Assembly (NCBI GenBank): GCA_023334545.1 | Contig: JAADVB010000017.1 | Span: 1-64,000 of the forward strand | Source of the DNA: Salisapilia sapeloensis CBS 127946 | Lineage: Eukaryota > Protista > Oomycota | Direction of reading: 5' to 3' | Length of the DNA: 64,000 nt | Shown here: piece after piece, positions 57,325 to 64,000 of the stretch | Numbering within the stretch: the stretch's first letter is position 1 | How the letters are laid out: every line of letters starts with the position of its first letter | Program-made: the position numbers and the translations under genes | The notes under the pieces: model-generated | Database searches by the model: none | Told to the model about the DNA's origin: nothing | What the model saw: the letters and a program-made list of their open reading frames with translations, nothing else

Positions 57325-58935
57325 ATGTATACGACAAATCGTGTGCGTCGGCGATCGAGTGGAAACGATAACGAGCTGATGAATGTCGGATTGCCACAGT
57401 CTGTGGATGGTAAGGAAGTGAAAATTCGACGTGCATGGCAAGGGGGATTATGGCACCGATATGTCGTACGTCCCTACCATCGACTTCGACTTCGGACGTC
57501 GCTCGGGTTTTTCGCAACGCTTGCCATTGTCCTCCCGGTCGTTGCACTCATTTTCATCGTCGTATTGGAAATTATTGGACGAGTACGCTTCCAAGGCGGA
57601 TACTTTGGACCCTCTCCTCATCTCAACACTGGACTCGGCTTCTACCACGAGATGGACGTCGATATGGACTATTTAGCACGTGCTGCAAATGTACCAGAAG
57701 GGCACTCGCCTCCTCATCTTTATAGTGTCGCTCATCAAGACACGAGGGAGTTGACCGCGTGGGTCAAGGAGCGACGTCGACGAACCAATGGTCGGAAGGT
57801 GTTCATTGGATGCAGCAGCCATTGGGAAGGCTACGTCCTCCGCTCGTTCTTGCTTATGTTCTCAGAGCTCAAAACCGATTACGGGTGGGAAGAGATGACT
57901 GGAGACGATCCTCACAAGTACTTTGACGAGACAAGCAAAGCGTCGGAAGGGTCCACTCCATTCGTGCTCTTCTTCTGTCTCAATTGGACGCATCTCCCCA
58001 TGGAACATCTACTCGAGTACTACAAGTACTTTGCTTCGATGCGCAAGAAAGGAAGTATCATCGTCCTTTGGAACGACGATCTGCATTATTACGATCAGTT
58101 CGATCCGCTTATACTGCGTGAGAAAATATTTGGTAAAGTCGATGTACTCGTGAGTTCCTATGCATACCTCATGGACGACTACTTTGCGTCCGTTACCAAA
58201 GACATGGATGCAAGAGACTTGCCACTAACACTATGGCTGCCACATGCTGCTGGGAAAGACTTTACGACCATGCCGATGAATACACATCCGATTCCCAAGA
58301 TTCTACTGTCGGGACACACAGGTGTGACGTGGTATCCACTACGGCATTGGCTTCTAGAGTACCAGCATGAACGACCGGATCTGATCGATCAATACCCGCA
58401 TACAGGCTACTACGTCGCAGATAACCAGTCATACGTCTATGCGACCTACTTACGTAGCTACCAGGCAGCTATCACGACGACGTTGATATTCCAGTACATT
58501 GTCGCCAAAGTCTTGGAGATTCCAGCGACAGGGAGTCTACTCGTTATCAATGACGACGTTTCTCCGTTGCTAGAAGGATTGGGTTTGTACGCAGGACAAC
58601 ACTATGTCAGTCTAGATCGACGTAATCCACAAGCTGCCATCACCTGGGTTGCCAATCCTGAGAACGCCGACAAAATCGATGCGATGCGCAAGGCTGGTAT
58701 GCAAGTAGTACGGTCTTCGCAGACCGTCTCCAACCGTGTTGCTTCTCTTGATGCTTTTTTCACGAACGGCACCGTGTCATACAAGTACCCACCGTCTCTT
58801 CGTATCCCACCTCCGTGTCCATCCGTCGCGTATGCATCTGAAAAGGAATGTCTAGACCATCACGCTCGTCACGCTCGTTACAAGTGTGATCGGTGGTTAT
58901 GTGGCATGACGTCTCTCTTGTCCAAGTGGACGTAA
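57325..58935 (+). CDS. Type II membrane glycosyltransferase-like protein (Glyco_trans_1_2/CgeB-like C-terminus), intronless
   Basis: One N-terminal transmembrane segment; C-terminal AKVLEIPATGSLL...LGLYAGQHYV motif. Confidence 0.7.
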   Translation: MYTTNRVRRRSSGNDNELMNVGLPQSVDGKEVKIRRAWQGGLWHRYVVRPYHRLRLRTSLGFFATLAIVLPVVALIFIVVLEIIGRVRFQGGYFGPSPHLNTGLGFYHEMDVDMDYLARAANVPEGHSPPHLYSVAHQDTRELTAWVKERRRRTNGRKVFIGCSSHWEGYVLRSFLLMFSELKTDYGWEEMTGDDPHKYFDETSKASEGSTPFVLFFCLNWTHLPMEHLLEYYKYFASMRKKGSIIVLWNDDLHYYDQFDPLILREKIFGKVDVLVSSYAYLMDDYFASVTKDMDARDLPLTLWLPHAAGKDFTTMPMNTHPIPKILLSGHTGVTWYPLRHWLLEYQHERPDLIDQYPHTGYYVADNQSYVYATYLRSYQAAITTTLIFQYIVAKVLEIPATGSLLVINDDVSPLLEGLGLYAGQHYVSLDRRNPQAAITWVANPENADKIDAMRKAGMQVVRSSQTVSNRVASLDAFFTNGTVSYKYPPSLRIPPPCPSVAYASEKECLDHHARHARYKCDRWLCGMTSLLSKWT

Positions 58936-59011
58936 AGTATCATTATCCAATCGAGAAACAGTTTATGCTGCACGAAAGCTCTTTCAAAACACTTGCCTAT
59001 CACTACTATCT

Positions 59012-60655
59012 TTACTCCGTATTCATGCTAGATGTCCTTCCAGCCATTGGTCTTGTCTGACGCTGCGTGTGTGCTCCGTCGAGAGATGGCCATGTTGATG
59101 GGAAGACAGCCGAGAAGAAGGCGTCCTCGATAATTCCAATGCATACCATCAGCACGACGTAGCTGAATAAGATCAAGTACGAGTAGACGTAGAGCTGTCC
59201 TATCCACGGTGTATAGCTAACAGACTCGAATGTCTCTCGGATCTCGTCACCGTTGGCGATGGCGAAGAGTGTAGTCGCCGTAGCGCTAAGCGATTGGAAA
59301 CGAGGCACACTGGCACCGAACATGATAGTACCGAAGAGAACAAAACCAACAAAGAGAGGAAGGACGCCGAGGAGAAAGCGAAGTACGCGTGGGAGGCCAC
59401 GACGTAGTGTCCGGCCGAGGATGTGGAGTCTCGTGTTCGACTTCATGTGCCGACCGAGTGTGACCCACTGTAGCGCCGTGCACGTTGCAAAGATAAAGTT
59501 TAAGCCAGCCCGTTCTGCTAGTTTAAAGGTGTGGCTCCAAGCTGCTATGAGACAGCCGATGGTGGTTAGATTGAGGAAGGTCGTGATCCAGAACCACGGA
59601 ATGTCCGTCTGGAGCGTCAGAACCATACGGATGTGCTGCCATCCTGGCGGATTATCATGCACAGAGCTTTCTTGTGTGTACTTGATACCTGTTTCTGCTG
59701 CCTATTGATCGGAATGAGTGTTTCTAAGAGGTGGATGTGCATGGTTATAGAGGTGTTGAACGTACCTGATAGAGGAAGATCACTAGTAAAAGTATCCAGT
59801 CCAAGTGACTCGTTTGATCCACAAAAGGCGTTGGCATGGCCATTTCTTCATTCTGTTTCATGCTAATGGTCGTCTCTTCGACTTGCTCGAAGTGATACTT
59901 GTAAGACATAGTGAGCTGGAGATGACTTTGGCTTTTAAAGTCATACACGAACATGATTTTCCACAACAAGAGGTCGATGCCATCGATGTGTTGCGTTGGT
60001 ACTGCCACCAAATCTGCTGGACAGTTTTCCATCCCAACGACAAACTCGAGTTTCATTGCTACAAGTTCATCAAAGAAAGACCGAGTGCTAGGCGATATAT
60101 GTGAGAGCTGAAGTGGTTCCGGCCAGGCACTTTCATTGTGAGGAGATAAAATGTACTACAGGTTGTTGTTAAGGCTCATGTATATCGTCTGTGGGTACTT
60201 GAAAGTACCTGCTCATCGACTCGCTTGGTGTCATTTATTTTCCGTACGATGAGCTTTGGAGGGTCGATGCTAGAGGAAGGTGATGCTGTGTGGTATGGCT
60301 CTAAAGCGACCTGATCCAGTTGATAATAATTGTCCAGAGCTCCATGCAAATGGGATATGGTCTCATTGATGGTGAAGAGGACTCCTACAGGTAGTGCCGA
60401 AGTCTTTTCGACCGCTCCACCAGATATGAATTCATCTTCGACACTAGCAGCGACTTGTTCATCGACGTCGAGGAGAAAGCGAGGAAGGAAGCTCCCGTCA
60501 GAATCCTCGACATAGTACAATAGATGTGTCCATTCATCTGCGAGGGATCTTTCGAAAGGATTAATTGCACGAGAGAGTTGGACACTTCGTAGAGTTAATA
60601 GTACGACCACAAGGACGTGCGCAAGGAGCTGGAGAACTCCCATCCGTCGACTCAT
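59012..60655 (-). CDS. Mucolipin (TRPML)-like cation channel, 3 exons; start codon uncertain
   Basis: LQLLAHVLVVVLL (S1-like); PRVLRFLLG..FGTIMFG...RFQSLSATATTLFAIANGDEIRETF (pore) and YVYSYLILFSYVVLMVCIGIIEDAF (S6). Confidence 0.8.
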
Positions 60656-60693
60656 CCTGATGATCTGACTCGATAATACAAAAGGGAGGATAG

Positions 60694-62142
60694 ATGGATC
60701 CTGAACGGACGGATACGACGATCGGGAGATATATCGCGAGGTTCCGGAGCGAGCGACCTCGAGCAAGGGAAGAACGTAGTGGTGTACCAGGAGCATCGTT
60801 CTGGTGGAATAATACTCCGGGTAAAGAATGTATGTCACCAAAGCAATCCGTCTCTAGTCGAGCTGCAAGTGACTGGAGCTACAGCCTACCGGATGTACAA
60901 TTTGAGCCGAGCGAACATCGGTATAGCATGCACGATAGTTCAGAGATGAAAGAGGAGTCTATGGGTGATAAGGTTGCCCAGTTTGACGAAGTGGAAACTC
61001 GCTTAGAAAGCATCAAGAAACGATTGGCAAAGTCGAATAGGAGCTCGAGAGAGAGAGCTGGTAGTCCCATGTATTTGAAATTGTCTCCAGAACGTGGACA
61101 CGAATGTAACGAGTACCTATCAAAGGATTCTAGCATGGTACAATTGCCTCTGTATAAAGAGGATGAGTCGATTGCTTTGGAAGACCCGGATACAGTCATT
61201 AGCAGAGTACGGGAGCGACTTGGATGGCAAAATTCCTTTCTTGATGACGTTGCTACGCCAAATTCTCAGCAGGATCACAAGGGTAGAAGACCTGAAGCTG
61301 ATGATGTGAGCGAAACAACAGACCCGAAGGATATGGTAACAACTATTGACTTTGGCAATCAGGTTTCCGATCATCACGATTCATCCATGAGTGTTTCTCC
61401 GTCCAATCATCAGCACTTGTATGGAGATAGGCAGGGCGATGAAGTGGCTGATAGTTCAGACATCCCGGAAGGTGATGAAGTAAGCTCCATTTCGGATAAT
61501 GTGAAAGATATTGGAGAGGATCTGAAGGTTTCTACATCGATTGAGTACACGAGCAATCCTCCATCCGCATCAAATAATGGTGTATTGATTGAAGAAGATC
61601 AGATATTCATCCATGTGCAGCAGAGCGAAAGTCTTCACAACGATCAAGTGTTAGAAACCTCGTGTTCAAATGCTTCTACTCCATTAAGTCAACAGATCGA
61701 ACCAACGTTTAGTAAATGTTCACCGATATCACCGATCACTTCGCAGTCGTACAACCTCTCCAAATCTTCCACCCCACTCAACATGAAATCTATATCAAGG
61801 GATGAAGCAAATACCGATGCTGATAGTATCGCAAGTCAAAGTTCATCTTTTGTAAATGCAGAGATAAATGCAGTGATGGAACGACTAGTACAATGCGTTC
61901 TACAAAAGCAGCAGACAGCGATCGTGAATATTTCTGAAGATACCATTCGCAAAGAGGTGACAGAGAGCAGATCAATCAATGATCCAATTGTGGACATCGA
62001 CGATGATCCTGTCGTGATTTTACTTCGAAAGCGAATTGCATTGCTAGAAGCAGCTTTAGAACACTTAAACTCGAATGAAGAAACTGGTGTCTATATTGTC
62101 GGTTTGTTCTGCCAGAACAGACTTTGCTTTTCATTTTCTTGA
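60694..62142 (+). CDS. Low-complexity protein with PROSER3-like terminal motifs
   Basis: N-terminal RYIARFRSERPRAREER...FWW and C-terminal DDDPVVILLRKRIALLE resemble the conserved PROSER3 motifs as I recall them. The last exon is uncertain. Confidence 0.6.
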   Translation: MDPERTDTTIGRYIARFRSERPRAREERSGVPGASFWWNNTPGKECMSPKQSVSSRAASDWSYSLPDVQFEPSEHRYSMHDSSEMKEESMGDKVAQFDEVETRLESIKKRLAKSNRSSRERAGSPMYLKLSPERGHECNEYLSKDSSMVQLPLYKEDESIALEDPDTVISRVRERLGWQNSFLDDVATPNSQQDHKGRRPEADDVSETTDPKDMVTTIDFGNQVSDHHDSSMSVSPSNHQHLYGDRQGDEVADSSDIPEGDEVSSISDNVKDIGEDLKVSTSIEYTSNPPSASNNGVLIEEDQIFIHVQQSESLHNDQVLETSCSNASTPLSQQIEPTFSKCSPISPITSQSYNLSKSSTPLNMKSISRDEANTDADSIASQSSSFVNAEINAVMERLVQCVLQKQQTAIVNISEDTIRKEVTESRSINDPIVDIDDDPVVILLRKRIALLEAALEHLNSNEETGVYIVGLFCQNRLCFSFS

Positions 62143-64000
62143 ACAGCGCTAATCTCCTTTCGTGAAAGGCTTTGCTTGACATGTGGCGTAAGAATATTTG
62201 TCGTCGTTGGAAAGAAGAAATCTTTAGGTCTATGTGTATCAACGTCCTTTGCAAGGAAAGCTGACTTATCCGTCGGTCGCAACCTTGATGCGAACATTGC
62301 GTGAACGCATCCTTCATACTCTTGTTGGGAAAGAATGGAAGCTGGAGCATTGGTAAGTGGCACTCGTTTTCCACTGGGAAGAATGGCGTTCTTGACGATA
62401 CGAAGAGGTTTAGATCGTGGAGATCCGGAGAGCATACCATTTAATCGATCGATCTGAGACGGCTTTGCTCGTGGTTGACTGCAAATATTACCATGAGCTA
62501 CAAATCGTAGCTGAGACTTGTCTACAACCAGCTTCCGTTCCCACTCTTCCTCCTCACGTTTCAAAGCTTCATCCATCTCTTGCTGAAGTCCGTCTCCACA
62601 GAGGTGGACACTACGGAAGTACTCTTCATTTACCGTTCCGTCTGCATTTGTACCACCAAAAACCATGTCTTTTGACGGTAGTGTACTAAATGGAGCAATA
62701 CCGCGTGCATCCGCCTCTCCTCCTCTTTCAATCGGTTTCGGATGATTTTCATTTTCGACAAACGGTTGTCGTAGATCTTCGCAGCGTGCAGCGCTAGGTG
62801 CAAGTGGATGCTTGTAGTATTCATCTGGTTGCCTAGGTGCAGGATAGATAAAGCCTTTTGGAGTAGTCCATCTCTTTTTGTTAGCTGCTTCCTCCTCTTG
62901 TCGAATTTCTTCCGGGTTGACAAGACTGAGTGTCTGTGAATGGAAATCTTGACTGTATGTGTAAATGCCATGCAGATCTTTACCAAGCCGCTTCCTCATC
63001 TCGTCCTGAAGCACGTCTTGAGTCTGGTAGTACGTAAAAGTGATAAGTGGTAACTCTTAAATAAAAAGTTGAAAATTACTTACTCGAAGTTTCTGGTTGC
63101 TATACATGTAAACTTGTGTTGGAGGTGATTTTAGCAGTTCAGCTTCTTCTTCAGCTTTTTTCTTTTCATACTCTTTTCGAACGCGCTCAGATTCCTTTCT
63201 GTAGAGCAAAACGGCTTGTAAGAAGACCATGTTACTGGTAACTAATTCAAAAGAGTTACCGTCGAGCTTGAAGATAATCGTTGACGGCACGCTCCCGAAC
63301 AAATTCTTCATATGCATCATTACGAGAGTCCGTAGGAGCTTTATACTTCTTCTCTCGGTTTCTCCCTCTTCTTCGCTTAACAGTTTCCAAGCTACTGGAT
63401 GCTTTCAATCCATTCGTAGTTGTTATTGTGCTCTTGCCACTCGTGCTAGTTCCGTAGACACCGAATCGATCTTCTGGCCTCAATTCGCATCCGTATTGAC
63501 GATCCATCTCTTCAAGCATATACGCAGATGGGAACAAGTTCATTTGTTGCATGGTCTTTAGTGAATATACATGAAGAATATCCTGCAATTTGATAATGGA
63601 TTCACAAGAGTCCGCTGAAACCTTCGATCGGACGTAGATCTCCGGCATACTTGCTAAAGTGGAAATCGTTTCCTTTAACTTTATACACTTCACTTGCGGA
63701 CCAAAGATATTGTAGAGACGACGGGTGAATCGAATTTGATGGTCTGACGAAAGCTGTACAGAGTCATCACTGTTTTGTAATGCAGTCGTGAGCGCTTCGT
63801 TTAATCGATGCATTCCCTTGTCAGCCAGACCTTCCAATATAAAGATACGCTTATCTTTGTCAACGAGTTGAGTGCCTGTGATTATATCTAGCGCTCCATT
63901 ACTACTCGCAGTCATTTCCTCCTCTGTTAGTTGGTAAGCGAGCAAATCTTGGTCTGGAAGCGCCTCTGCGTTAATGCTGCCAACAGTATCAATGACTACA
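62091..64000 (-). CDS. CFAP92/KIAA1257-like cilia-associated protein, 3' part (gene runs off the right edge; multi-exon)
   Basis: The frame is open to the edge. Motifs DIITG..LVD...IFILEGL, FTRRLY, LFP.A.M, VYMYSNQKL, YTYSQDFHSQT and WTTPKGFIYP. Confidence 0.6.

Noticed and set aside
1-64000. tRNA, rRNA, CRISPR arrays and intact transposons or LTRs
   Set aside because: No cloverleaf or T-loop context, regular repeat-spacer array, RT/integrase/DDE motifs or terminal repeats were seen by eye. Small ncRNAs cannot be excluded without Infernal or tRNAscan-SE.

Overview
This is compact eukaryotic genomic DNA, most likely from an oomycete. The evidence is roughly 48% GC by eye, GT-AG introns mostly 51-65 nt long, Inr/FPR-type core promoters, START-FYVE and MLKL-like N-terminal-domain genes, and ciliary/centrosomal genes. 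About 29 protein-coding genes are supported, several of them spliced, and two are missing from the ORF track (a 5'-edge ORF and QCR6). Housekeeping genes include PEX6, an SR splicing factor, an SLC35A transporter, SEM1, bS6m, UBE2K, TMEM41, eS26, QCR6, NDUFV2, a DnaJ protein, a syntaxin, a giant USP9/24/34-type deubiquitinase and a mucolipin. The most notable items are: (1) three tandem UreH/NiCoT-like nickel/cobalt permeases plus a decayed fourth copy about 27 kb away; (2) a tail-to-tail paralog pair sharing an unnamed C-terminal domain preceded by an RVxF (PP1-docking) motif; (3) an MLKL-like helical-bundle protein with no kinase; (4) a syntaxin ending in a CaaX box instead of a transmembrane helix; (5) a secreted mucin with a beta/gamma-crystallin-like tail; (6) adjacent bacterial-like DUF2828 and DUF4954 genes; (7) a MABP-Tudor-USP-Tudor fusion; and (8) very short head-to-head spacings. 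No rRNA, tRNA, CRISPR array or intact transposon was seen. All family assignments come from manual motif recognition, not from database searches.
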